DNA of 64,000 bases from Candidatus Muiribacteriota bacterium (lineage in GTDB: Bacteria > Muiribacteriota > DAOVTB01): NCBI GenBank assembly GCA_030633305.1, contig DAOVTB010000001.1, positions 7,258 through 71,257 on the forward strand, given 5' to 3'. This document shows positions 39,188 to 48,509 of this stretch, in pieces (position 1 is the stretch's first letter; each line of letters begins with the position of its first letter). Under the pieces are notes generated by a model. It did not search any database. It was not told the DNA's origin and saw nothing but the letters and a program-made list of their open reading frames with translations. Position numbers and translations under genes: made by a program.

Positions 39188-39385
39188 ATATGCGTTGCGG
39201 TGTCCAGGTCTCATTTGAGGAATGAAATCCAACGCGAGACACTGGCACCGTACAGTCAGTATGCGGATTTGATATTAATGCCGGTGCCAGATGGAACTTT
39301 TGTTCAACGCTACTTAAATTGAATACTTGGTTGAATGCAAAGTTGCCCTGGCACCTTATACCCATATCGGACCCCTGTGCCAGAT
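39188..39385 (-). repeat. Intergenic structured repeat, copy D (reverse orientation; module 2 then module 1)
   Basis: Reverse complement: ATCTGGCACAGGGGTC... (as in copy A) with helix GGTGCCAG/CTGGCACC and inner hairpin TTCAAC...GTTGAA (covarying with TGAAC...GTTCA of A/B). Then ATATCAAATCCGCATAC...CCTGGACACCGCAACGCATAT, matching module 1 of copy C. ORF 39147-39365 is probably spurious. Confidence 0.5.
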
Positions 39386-39449
39386 TTAAATTTACTATTA
39401 AAAAAATAATGATAAAATAGAGTTAATATATTATTCAGGGAGAATTGAA

Positions 39450-40190
39450 ATGAAACTAACATTTTTAGGAACCAGCGGCTGGTATGACTCACACACCGGC
39501 AATACCAGTTGTGTACTAATAGAAACCAAGCAGGAATACATTGTTCTTGATGCTGGTAGCGGTTTTTACAAATTAAAATACCTTCTTATTGAAGCAAAAC
39601 CAGTTTATTTATTCTTCAGTCATTTTCATCTGGACCACTTTGCAGGCCTTCATACACTTCCGCTTATGACTTTTAAAGAAGGTTTAAATATATTCGGCCC
39701 CAAAGGACTTCTGAATATGAAAAATACTATCTTAGTAAAACCTTATACACGTAATGTTAAAGACCATCCCTTTAAACTTTGCTTCACTGAAATAAATGAT
39801 TCAACTGATTTTCCATTTCCAACGAAAACACTTCCTTTAGAACATTCCGTTCCATGCTGGGGTTACAGATTTATACTTGAAGAAAAAACTATTGCTTATT
39901 GTACAGATACCTCACCCTGTGAAAATCTTATCGAACTTGCCAATGATGCTGATATATTGATTACAGAAAGTTCACATCCTCCAGGTGAACAAAATCCGGC
40001 GATATTTCATATGACTCCAAAGCAGGCTGCAGAAACTGCCAAAAATGCAAATGTCAAACAACTGTTACTGACACATTTTTCATCTCCCGGCTACCCTGAA
40101 CATTCTCTTAGGAGAAAAGCAGAAAATGTGGCAAAAAATATTTTTCCAAATACAAAAGCCATGTTTGATAATGATATAGTTATTGTTTAG
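39450..40190 (+). CDS. MBL-fold metallo-hydrolase (RNase Z / beta-lactamase superfamily)
   Basis: 246 aa. FSHFHLDHFAGL (HxHxDH) zinc-binding motif, and a downstream His/Asp (HFSS). Confidence 0.75.
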   Translation: MKLTFLGTSGWYDSHTGNTSCVLIETKQEYIVLDAGSGFYKLKYLLIEAKPVYLFFSHFHLDHFAGLHTLPLMTFKEGLNIFGPKGLLNMKNTILVKPYTRNVKDHPFKLCFTEINDSTDFPFPTKTLPLEHSVPCWGYRFILEEKTIAYCTDTSPCENLIELANDADILITESSHPPGEQNPAIFHMTPKQAAETAKNANVKQLLLTHFSSPGYPEHSLRRKAENVAKNIFPNTKAMFDNDIVIV

Positions 40191-40773
40191 GAGTGCCCCA
40201 GGACGAAACAGTATTTATAAAAGCTCTGTTTATGTTTTCGCCAAAAAACTCCATTGGTGATCGACCATATTTTTTTGTCCTGTAAAAAATATATGTGATT
40301 AAAATAATACTGATCAGAAAATTTTGCCAACTCGTTAACCCCCACTGCCATCCAACTTTTAAATGCATTGCAGATGAAAATGGATTTAAATACGGTATTG
40401 GCCATTGATATCCATCGGGACCGCGAGCACCAATAACGTCACAAAACAGGTGCAGGTGAAAAACCATCATAGACAAAAACATTGTCCTCAGGCTCATCTG
40501 CGAAAGAAAATAAACAATCAGACCAGTAAATATACAGAAAGATAGATTATGGCTTAAAATATGGTGATATTTGTTATACAAGGGATAGGTGCTATCACCT
40601 CTTGCCATATCAGCAATTACAATAAGTCCGTCCAGATCTGGAATAATTCCTGAAACGGTTACAAGAATCCTATCCCTTTTATTATTACATGTACTGTCTG
40701 AAATTAGCCAGCTCAGCGCGAAATGAGTTATTGGATTCACAAGTTTACTACTCCCCTGGCAATAATACTCCAA
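40180..40773 (-). CDS. Membrane-bound metal-dependent hydrolase (YdjM/DUF457-like)
   Basis: 197 aa. ITHFALSWLI ... IIPDLDGL ... HHILSHNL over 4-5 TM helices. Confidence 0.5.
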   Translation of the reverse strand: MEYYCQGSSKLVNPITHFALSWLISDSTCNNKRDRILVTVSGIIPDLDGLIVIADMARGDSTYPLYNKYHHILSHNLSFCIFTGLIVYFLSQMSLRTMFLSMMVFHLHLFCDVIGARGPDGYQWPIPYLNPFSSAMHLKVGWQWGLTSWQNFLISIILITYIFYRTKKYGRSPMEFFGENINRAFINTVSSWGTPKQ

Positions 40774-40932
40774 TTAAACAAATCCTGTCTCGAAAATTTT
40801 TAATTATTACCTAAGTAGAATGATTATTTGGAATATCAGAAATGTACAAACCATTTTTAATTTACCGTACTAAGTGCTAATATAGAAAAAACAAAAGCTA
40901 CATCAATCAAAAACAGATCAAAAGGTTATAAT

Positions 40933-41364
40933 GTGAAAGCCTATCAATCAAGAATCAGACATACACTTAAAGGACTTAATTATTTAGTTGTAAAGCTTCC
41001 AAAGAAAATTATTGATGCTTATCCTGAAAACTACAGTTATGAAGATATAAACAAATTTACTCTTAAAGATTTTAGAGAAAAATGTCCTGAAATAAGTTAC
41101 ATTAGAGCTGAAGCAGAGTTTGATTACATTTATGAAAAAGGATACACAAACATAGCTTTTGACTGCTCAGATTTAGAATATGTTAATTCATTTTTCATTC
41201 GATACCTGGTACTTTTGTATAAAAACCTTAAAACACAAAATGAAAATTCAACAATTATATTTATTAATCTGTCCGAACAAATTGTTGCTGTCCTGGAAAT
41301 GATGAAACTTACCCACATATTTGATTATGTTAAATCTGAAGAAGAACTTGTTGAAAATCACTAA
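40933..41364 (+). CDS. STAS-domain protein (anti-sigma-factor antagonist-like)
   Basis: 143 aa. IAFDCSDLEYVNSFFIRYLVLLYKNL...IIFINLSEQIVAVLEMMKLTHIF fits the SpoIIAA-like STAS fold. Confidence 0.5.
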   Translation: MKAYQSRIRHTLKGLNYLVVKLPKKIIDAYPENYSYEDINKFTLKDFREKCPEISYIRAEAEFDYIYEKGYTNIAFDCSDLEYVNSFFIRYLVLLYKNLKTQNENSTIIFINLSEQIVAVLEMMKLTHIFDYVKSEEELVENH

Positions 41365-41371
41365 TTGAACA

Positions 41372-42259
41372 ATGAAACTATCATTAGTTAAAAAAAATAC
41401 TTTCTGGTTATATTTCTGGATGATCACCGCAATGCTCATCTGGGGTCTTTCCTGGAGTAATGGAAAGATTATTGCATCTTATCTTCCCGCCCAGCTCCTT
41501 ATGTTCTGGCGTTTTATGATCGCAACATTGTCTCTACTGCCGATTATTCTGATTAAGAAAATGGACTTGTGTATTCCAAAAAAAGCGATACCACCTGTTA
41601 TTGTTTGTTCTTCAATGCTAACCCTATATAATTACTTCTTTTTCGCTGGAACAAAAGTTGGTCTTGCCGGAGCAGGAGGAGTTCTTGTAACAACAACAAA
41701 CCCGATATTTACATATATTTTAACTTTGATCATTTTCAGAAAAATACCTGCATTTTTCAAAATTATTGGTCTGTTCCTCGGATTACTCGGTGGATGTATT
41801 CTTCTAAAAATCTGGTCTCTAAACTGGCAACAACTGGTTAATGGCGGAAATTTCATGTTTCTTATGTGTTCATTTACCTGGGCATTCATAACACTAGTCT
41901 CACCAAAAGCTCTTGAACATGTAAACATTTTTGTATACAGTTTCTGGACATTTTTTCTGTCAACATTATTTTCTATACCATTTGTTTATAACATGAATTT
42001 GCTTTTAGTATTCAAACTTGACTGGATTTTCTGGATCAATCTTCTTGCAGTTTCAATCGGGGCACTCAGTATAGCTACATCAATATATTTTAACGCTACA
42101 AGTAAACTTGGACCAGATAAGGCTGCATCTTTTATATTTGTTGTACCAATCGGGGCAATGGGTTTTAGCATGATCATTTTCAATGAAGCTTTAAAATGGA
42201 ACACCTGCGTTGGTGGAATACTTGCCATTTTTGCTGTGTATCTTATAAATAGAAAATAA
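41372..42259 (+). CDS. EamA/DMT-family transporter (10 TM)
   Basis: 295 aa with two EamA-like halves, each of about 5 TM helices. Confidence 0.7.
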   Translation: MKLSLVKKNTFWLYFWMITAMLIWGLSWSNGKIIASYLPAQLLMFWRFMIATLSLLPIILIKKMDLCIPKKAIPPVIVCSSMLTLYNYFFFAGTKVGLAGAGGVLVTTTNPIFTYILTLIIFRKIPAFFKIIGLFLGLLGGCILLKIWSLNWQQLVNGGNFMFLMCSFTWAFITLVSPKALEHVNIFVYSFWTFFLSTLFSIPFVYNMNLLLVFKLDWIFWINLLAVSIGALSIATSIYFNATSKLGPDKAASFIFVVPIGAMGFSMIIFNEALKWNTCVGGILAIFAVYLINRK

Positions 42260-42268
42260 TAATCAAAC

Positions 42269-43597
42269 TTATTTTTCCTGAACTTTAAATATTCGCTCCA
42301 GAATAAATTGTTCAATTTCTCTCGCCATCAGTTTATGCCCTTCAGGAGTCCAATGCATATCATAACTAAAATACAACGGTTCAGTTCCTTTATATGATCG
42401 AAATCCTGGAAATGAATTTAATAGTTCAATAGAATTCACTTTTGCAAAATTCTGGATCATCTGGATACTCTTATCTGAAATGGGAGCATTATCTGGAACA
42501 AAGATCAGTCTTCCAGGAGTCCATTCGCTTTCATTTACCTGGTGCCCCCACGGATAAACTGTCAAAATAAATTTCATTCCCCGCCCTATACAATATTTCT
42601 TTATTTTAAGAATACTTTCAAATATTTTCTGCCATTGTATGGTTCTATCAACAGTATCATTCATTAATGTATGTTTAAGAAGTTCATAGTTTGCAAGATT
42701 AACAGTATTTTCAAATGATAATTCTTTTGGATTACCAGTCCATTTTTCCAAGTAAAAAATAACCAGTCTTGAAAAATATAAGTTTTTATTGACCCAATTT
42801 TTTATTGCTTTCACAGAACCCATTTTTTGAGTATCCAGTTGACCAGGAAACGCTGGCACTCCAATAATTTCATCATTTTTCCCATAAATTGCTTTATTTC
42901 TATATGTCACTTCCTGAATCAGATCACTCATATCAAAATTAAGTATTACCAAATCCGGTTCAAGTAAGTCAGCCATTTTTTTTAATTGAAGAAAAGACAA
43001 TACTGGAGCATAACTATCAACTCCTGCGTTCAAAATTTCAATTTTCTTACTATTGGGTGCAACTTTTTTTTTGTTTAGTGATTCTTCAAGAAGAACTGAA
43101 AAAGTTTCGTGATCACTTACTCCTCTTCCCATTGTAAATGAATCACCCAGCATTATAATACGATAAGTGTTTGATTTCTTTTTTTCCTGAACTTCAGCCC
43201 CACGAAGGCCAAGGCTGTTTACTTTTTGAATACAGAGAAATTCACGGGATTTATACTCAGAATTCGTATCAGGGGCTAACTTGTGATTAACATATTTATC
43301 AGGAAGCATTGGAGGAGAAAGGCGTGGAATAAAAAAATAACCCAAAATTATATCCATAGAAAAATATACTAAGAATACAGATACAATTGAAAACCAAAGC
43401 CATACTATATTATCTTTTTTATCAGTTTCGTAAAAAATCAGACAAATAAAAGAAAATAAAGCAAAAACTGAAAGCCCGGAAATAAAAAGTACCGAGGCTG
43501 CTCCGAAGTTAAATTGATCACCACTATTCATTCTATATATCAAGAATAGAAGCGGAATTATTGTTACAATTAATGCCGCTAGAATAATTTTTTTCAC
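42269..43597 (-). CDS. Membrane-anchored SGNH/GDSL-type hydrolase family protein
   Basis: 442 aa. There are N-terminal TM helices, then the IIMLGDSFTMGRGVSD (GDS block I) motif. It may be an acyl-esterase/acyltransferase of the AlgX/AlgJ-like type. Confidence 0.5.
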   Translation of the reverse strand: MKKIILAALIVTIIPLLFLIYRMNSGDQFNFGAASVLFISGLSVFALFSFICLIFYETDKKDNIVWLWFSIVSVFLVYFSMDIILGYFFIPRLSPPMLPDKYVNHKLAPDTNSEYKSREFLCIQKVNSLGLRGAEVQEKKKSNTYRIIMLGDSFTMGRGVSDHETFSVLLEESLNKKKVAPNSKKIEILNAGVDSYAPVLSFLQLKKMADLLEPDLVILNFDMSDLIQEVTYRNKAIYGKNDEIIGVPAFPGQLDTQKMGSVKAIKNWVNKNLYFSRLVIFYLEKWTGNPKELSFENTVNLANYELLKHTLMNDTVDRTIQWQKIFESILKIKKYCIGRGMKFILTVYPWGHQVNESEWTPGRLIFVPDNAPISDKSIQMIQNFAKVNSIELLNSFPGFRSYKGTEPLYFSYDMHWTPEGHKLMAREIEQFILERIFKVQEK

Positions 43598-43647
43598 ATA
43601 TAAACCCTGTTAATCCTGAAAATCACAAAATCCGTATTCTAGAAAAT

Positions 43648-44196
43648 CTAAAACTTAGAACCCTTCAAACTGACACGAGAATATTCACGTTTAAAGAATC
43701 CTGCTCCATATTTCCCTTTTTTCAGAATAAGTTTCATCGATAGATCTGCAACCAGTTTTCCGTCACAAAGATCTTTGATATTTGAAGGTACACTTCCTCC
43801 AGAACCAGTTTTTGAAAGATCATATACACCAAATTTCAAAGATGCAATAAATCCTTTTGATGAAAAATCTTCAGTCTTCTTTGAATCAACAGTACGCTTG
43901 ATCATTTTTTTAGCTGAAGAATATATCCATTTAACAATATTATCTTCACCATGAATATTTTTAGTTTTGAATTCAATGATATGATTAGTTGCCGAAATAA
44001 GTTCTGAGCTGTTTCTGATATCTTTCTTAAAGACTTTGAAAATCCTGTAAGAAAGCGTTTGTAGATGAGAATGACCTGAAATACTTTTCTGAGTCTGACC
44101 TACACTTGAAAACATTGAATAGAGTCCTCCCAATACCATTACCAAAAGTGATGCTCCTATCAAGATTTCTACCATTGTAAAGGCACGGGGTTTCAT
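43648..44196 (-). CDS. Prepilin-type N-terminal cleavage/methylation domain protein (pseudopilin)
   Basis: 182 aa. MKPRAFTMVEILIGASLLVMVLGG class III signal. Confidence 0.6.
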   Translation of the reverse strand: MKPRAFTMVEILIGASLLVMVLGGLYSMFSSVGQTQKSISGHSHLQTLSYRIFKVFKKDIRNSSELISATNHIIEFKTKNIHGEDNIVKWIYSSAKKMIKRTVDSKKTEDFSSKGFIASLKFGVYDLSKTGSGGSVPSNIKDLCDGKLVADLSMKLILKKGKYGAGFFKREYSRVSLKGSKF

Positions 44197-44630
44197 TTCA
44201 CGACCTCCCCAATGTACTTTATCATCCTGTTTCCACTTTTTTCCTTCCAGTATATCTCTACTGTTACTTTCATAATCCTGTCAGGGTACTTGCCATCTTT
44301 CTCAAGAATATACTTTGGAATAAATCCGTGATAATTGCTGTTTATAACCTTAGTAATATCTGCATTAGTTTGAAAAAACATTGCATTCATCAGGTCATTA
44401 ACAGTTGGAAAAACTTCTTCTTTATCCTCAAGAGGTTGTGATTTTTTCGAATAATACAATTCCAGGTGACTGATCAGATTTTCTGCAAGTGCAAGTGCCA
44501 TCAGCTTTTTACCCATTTTCTGTGTCTTCTTACTAGACTGCCTCATATTATTGACTATGGGAACAATAAGCACCGCCATGATCACCAGCGCAACCATAAT
44601 TTCAGTCATTGAAAAAGCTCTTTTTTTCAT
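44193..44630 (-). CDS. Prepilin-type N-terminal cleavage/methylation domain protein (pseudopilin)
   Basis: 145 aa. MKKRAFSMTEIMVALVIMAVLIV class III signal. Confidence 0.6.
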   Translation of the reverse strand: MKKRAFSMTEIMVALVIMAVLIVPIVNNMRQSSKKTQKMGKKLMALALAENLISHLELYYSKKSQPLEDKEEVFPTVNDLMNAMFFQTNADITKVINSNYHGFIPKYILEKDGKYPDRIMKVTVEIYWKEKSGNRMIKYIGEVVK

Positions 44631-46747
44631 TACCAGACTCCATCTGTCTGAGGCAAAAACGAGAAAAAATACTTTCTCTGCCTGAGATTTGGATCATATG
44701 TTAAATTTACTGATTTTTTATTCATGAAATTTTTAATGTTTAGTTTCCATAAGGCAAGACTACCTTTTATCTTGCACGGTGTAGTATCAAAAGACATGAC
44801 ATTTTCTTTTTCATTCCAGCTTACAAGGGATGCATCCAAATAATTTCCTACAATCTGAATGTTTCCACCCCGTTTATAACTTCCACTGCTGTTATAAACG
44901 GGATTAGCAATGAAAGTAAGCGTAGCACCTGGAGATTTTCTTTTAATTGAAGGTAACTTTATATCACCATTTACAATTACGATTGCTTTCATGCAGTTAG
45001 TCAGCACACTGACATTTTTTTTAGTCAGGTCCAAATCCCCATTAATTCTGATTATCCCATTAGATATCAGGATTTTTTTTCCATGTATACAACACATCTT
45101 GAATTCATTCTCAGTTTCAAACTCCATGCAAATACGACTTTCAAGACCTTTTTTCCATTCATTTTTTTCACCCGTTTTTCCATGTTTCTTATGAAAATCT
45201 GAATAATTATAATACTGTAGATCAAATCTGCTACTTCCTGTATCAACTACATCCGGGTCTTTAAAATCCTGGGAGGAATTAATCTTTTTATCTGAACTGT
45301 ATGGTTCTGTAACCACAGTAGACATATAATCTTCATATTTCTTACTGGTCAGATTATTAAAAAGAAATCCACCATGCGTTCCGGTAATTGTATCCGGATC
45401 TATATAAAAATCACGCGGATCTGTTTTTGGGAAATTATTGTTATGAGGCCTGTTAGGATCATCTCCTTTAGCCAGATAATACAATAGTCCACTGCTACCG
45501 TGAATATGGTGTTCGCAAATTCGAACAAATGACCGCCATACATTTCCATAAACCATTGTAGGACGTGAAGTAAGATTATCACCAAACAAAAGAAGTGGTG
45601 CACATTGTGCAAAGGTATTTGGATTTAGGGAAAGATCCTTTATTCCAGATTCTGCAACTAATTTCCCAAATTTATTAGTTTTAAAAATATCATCCAGTTT
45701 GAATAAGGTAAGAATAGTATATGTCAAATGGCTACCAAAACCAAAATAGAAAAAAGATACGTCCCCCTGTGGAACAGTTTTTTTGATTCCTCGACGTTCA
45801 CGGGCAAGGGATTTACTACTTCCGCATTCAATAATATTTGAATAAGGACATTTCCCATCGTCAGAATCAAATTTACTGCTTTCTTCAACTAGTTTTACAA
45901 TGATTTTCTGGGATGCAGAAGTGCTGCCACCTAGAAATATTTTCCCTCGGTCTTTTACAGGAGTACTTTTCCCACCATTATTAAGTATCAGAGGAGCTAT
46001 ATATTTTTTACTTTTTAAGGACTTTAATTTCCCGTCAACACCAAGAGCTACATTATATCCCAGACCTTTAAAGTTGGAATTATTGTTATAAGTCTCCTGG
46101 TATGAATTTTTTACAAAAAGTGTAAATTTTGAAAGTACAGGAAGATTAATTCGAACGATCTTCATCATGAATCTAATCCCATTTTCTCTTTCGATTCCCA
46201 TATAACTAACTCTTGCAGATACTTTAAGTACCAGTTTCTTTTCCTTTGAATCAAGATTCATCCTTTTTGGGACTTTGAGAGAATCAAATTTTGCAATAGT
46301 TGCAGTTATGTTATTTTGAACAAATGAGTTAAAGTCAATTTTCAGACTATTCGCTATATCCTTGAGACTATCACTGTACAGATCTCTGAAAGATGATGTA
46401 AATATCATACTTGAAACATCTTTTCCAGCAGAACCTGAATCAAGATTCAAAAAAGCATCTCTGATTTCAGTCAGTTTGTCACCTTCAGGTTGATTTATCT
46501 CGTAATTTAAATGTGAAGAAGTCTCATTTAAGAATGCAGAAATAAACTGCTCGATTTTTAATGCTTTAACTTCTGAAACAGCAAATCTATAGTAATCATT
46601 TCCTGTTTTTGATATTGAAAATATCAGGATAATGATAACTGAAACGATTATAACAACAAGAGGTACAGCCATCCCCCTTGTTAAAAGAGTCCTTTTATTG
46701 ATGTTCTTCATAAGTCTAATTGTATTCCCTAGCATAACCATTGTCAA
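44630..46747 (-). CDS. Large hypothetical membrane-anchored/secreted protein encoded with the pseudopilins (possible minor-pilin/GspK-like or pilus-associated protein)
   Basis: 705 aa. N-terminal hydrophobic segment RGMAVPLVVIIVSVIIILIFSI. No catalytic motif recognised. It is the first gene of the pilin operon. Confidence 0.45.
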   Translation of the reverse strand: MTMVMLGNTIRLMKNINKRTLLTRGMAVPLVVIIVSVIIILIFSISKTGNDYYRFAVSEVKALKIEQFISAFLNETSSHLNYEINQPEGDKLTEIRDAFLNLDSGSAGKDVSSMIFTSSFRDLYSDSLKDIANSLKIDFNSFVQNNITATIAKFDSLKVPKRMNLDSKEKKLVLKVSARVSYMGIERENGIRFMMKIVRINLPVLSKFTLFVKNSYQETYNNNSNFKGLGYNVALGVDGKLKSLKSKKYIAPLILNNGGKSTPVKDRGKIFLGGSTSASQKIIVKLVEESSKFDSDDGKCPYSNIIECGSSKSLARERRGIKKTVPQGDVSFFYFGFGSHLTYTILTLFKLDDIFKTNKFGKLVAESGIKDLSLNPNTFAQCAPLLLFGDNLTSRPTMVYGNVWRSFVRICEHHIHGSSGLLYYLAKGDDPNRPHNNNFPKTDPRDFYIDPDTITGTHGGFLFNNLTSKKYEDYMSTVVTEPYSSDKKINSSQDFKDPDVVDTGSSRFDLQYYNYSDFHKKHGKTGEKNEWKKGLESRICMEFETENEFKMCCIHGKKILISNGIIRINGDLDLTKKNVSVLTNCMKAIVIVNGDIKLPSIKRKSPGATLTFIANPVYNSSGSYKRGGNIQIVGNYLDASLVSWNEKENVMSFDTTPCKIKGSLALWKLNIKNFMNKKSVNLTYDPNLRQRKYFFSFLPQTDGVW

Positions 46748-46956
46748 AATTATTAATTATTCACGAAAGACATGGATATAATAAAGGTAATTTTACTATA
46801 TTTTCACTGTCGGTTTTGACTAATCAAATTCATGCAACAGTTTAATGGATTGAAAAAAAATTTCAATTACTTTTGCATATTTTTTAAGATCATCATCATT
46901 TATAAACTCAACCTTAAAAACAAAATAAAAGTCCTCGAGACTCGAATATTAGTTTT

Positions 46957-47085
46957 TATATTTTGCGTACTAGCAGTAATACCATAAATGATCAGACATA
47001 CACTTAATGAACTTAATTATTTAGTTGTAACGCTTCCGTAAAAATTATTGATGATTATCCCGAAAATTGCTACTTTTACAGAAAT
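46957..47085 (+). pseudogene. Decayed partial duplicate of the promoter and 5' end of the STAS gene (40864-41040)
   Basis: GCGTACTAGCAGTAATA...ATCAGACATACACTTAATGAACTTAATTATTTAGTTGTAACGCTTCCGTAAAAATTATTGATGATTATCCCGAAAATTGCTAC aligns with 40864-41040. It has internal deletions and a premature stop (MIRHTLNELNYLVVTLP*). Confidence 0.45.
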
Positions 47086-47158
47086 AAAAAACAATTGCAT
47101 CTTTTTGCTGAATATTATATCATTTTTTATATACTATTTAATAAAGTAGAGGTTTTTT

Positions 47159-48322
47159 ATGCATATCAAATCTGGATCAAAGTTCTTAACATTCTGCATT
47201 ATTTTTTTATCTTTTTGTTGTTTTTGCTATGCAAAAAAAGAGGATGAAATCCTAAAAAAAAAATTTAAATCTAAAGAAAATGGATTTTCAGTAATTTTCC
47301 CTAATGACCCTTCCATAACAAAAGAAACCCATATTATTGAAGGAAAAAAACTAACATTTAACTCTTACAAGTCACTCGATAAAAAAACAGAAATTGAATT
47401 TACATTATCACTATGTAATATACCAGATGAAATACTCATGAATATTTCTGAAAATAAACTATTAAATAATTTCATGACCACAAGAGTAAAAGGGCAAAAT
47501 CTTCTTAGTTCAAAGGAGATAATGGTTGTAGATTGCCCAGGACTGGAATATACATTCAATGAAAAAACAGGCGGGAAAATGGTTATTGGAAAAGCTTTTC
47601 TGATATATGGAAAATTATATATTGGAGAAGTATTTCTATCAAAGGCAAATAAGGATAAATATGTTAAAGTAGCAGACCATTTTTTTTCTAAATTGAAATT
47701 TTCCAGTTTAGAAAAAGAAGAAGAAAACAATAAGGAATATTCCGGAAATGCCCCCTTTTATGAAATTGATCCATATACCATCAAAGATCTTTCAGAATCT
47801 TCTCTTTCAGACCTCCCACCCTTTAAAAATTATGTTTCCAAACGTTTTTCCTATTCAGTAAGTATTCCAGGAGAACCAACACCAAGAACTAGAAAGTATC
47901 ATAGTTTTTATGGTGGTGCTAGCATGGGTGAAGGGGAAGAATTGTGTGAATATATATTCAAACCTGCTGATATCACTTTTCGAGTAGAGGTGTTGGAATT
48001 AAAAAAGCTAGCTTCATATGAAGAATCAAAGTTATTCGAATTCTGTTTGCAAAACTTTTCAGATAAGGACGAAATTGAAAAGATGTGTCAAATAAAATGC
48101 AATGGCTATGCAGGGATATATTTTAAGCAGGATGATATATCGCCCAACGGAAGTAATGATAAATATGTTTATGGTAATATTTTCCATAAACTTGGCGGTG
48201 GTAAATATAGCAATAAATATGACTACTTCTATATCTTCAAAGTAGAGTTCAAACATGACGAGGATTTAAAAAAATATGCAAAAGTTCTGGAAAAATTTTT
48301 TTACTCTATCAATATCTGGTAA
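47159..48322 (+). CDS. Hypothetical secreted protein/lipoprotein
   Basis: 387 aa. RBS AGAGG. Signal peptide with FCCFCYA. No recognisable domain. Confidence 0.5.
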   Translation: MHIKSGSKFLTFCIIFLSFCCFCYAKKEDEILKKKFKSKENGFSVIFPNDPSITKETHIIEGKKLTFNSYKSLDKKTEIEFTLSLCNIPDEILMNISENKLLNNFMTTRVKGQNLLSSKEIMVVDCPGLEYTFNEKTGGKMVIGKAFLIYGKLYIGEVFLSKANKDKYVKVADHFFSKLKFSSLEKEEENNKEYSGNAPFYEIDPYTIKDLSESSLSDLPPFKNYVSKRFSYSVSIPGEPTPRTRKYHSFYGGASMGEGEELCEYIFKPADITFRVEVLELKKLASYEESKLFEFCLQNFSDKDEIEKMCQIKCNGYAGIYFKQDDISPNGSNDKYVYGNIFHKLGGGKYSNKYDYFYIFKVEFKHDEDLKKYAKVLEKFFYSINIW

Positions 48323-48509
48323 TATATAATCTCAAAACTGAAAAAATGAGGATTTCATGATTTATTTTTATAATTGTGTATCATATAATAATTGTTTCTC
48401 TATATTATATCTTAATTTATAAATATTCAAAACATAGTTGACAAAAAACTAATTATTAATACATACTTTAGTTATAAGTAATAAAATCTAATAATTCAGG
48501 AGTTATTTT

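Noticed and set aside
39147-39365. 72-aa minus-strand ORF
   Set aside because: It is entirely composed of repeat copy D. The equivalent repeat copies elsewhere are not open in any consistent frame.
2434-39385. Considered whether the repeated GC-rich elements form a CRISPR array or tRNA genes
   Set aside because: The copies are 10-25 kb apart, in both orientations and about 80% identical rather than identical, so they are not a CRISPR array. Module 2 has a 7-8-bp outer helix but lacks D and T arms and the GTTC-R-A T-loop, so it is not a tRNA.
48323-48509. TTGACA hexamer at about 48437 as a -35 box for the 1027-aa gene
   Set aside because: No acceptable -10 lies at 16-19 bp spacing. In roughly 30% GC DNA such hexamers occur by chance. 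Only the AGGAG RBS is convincing.
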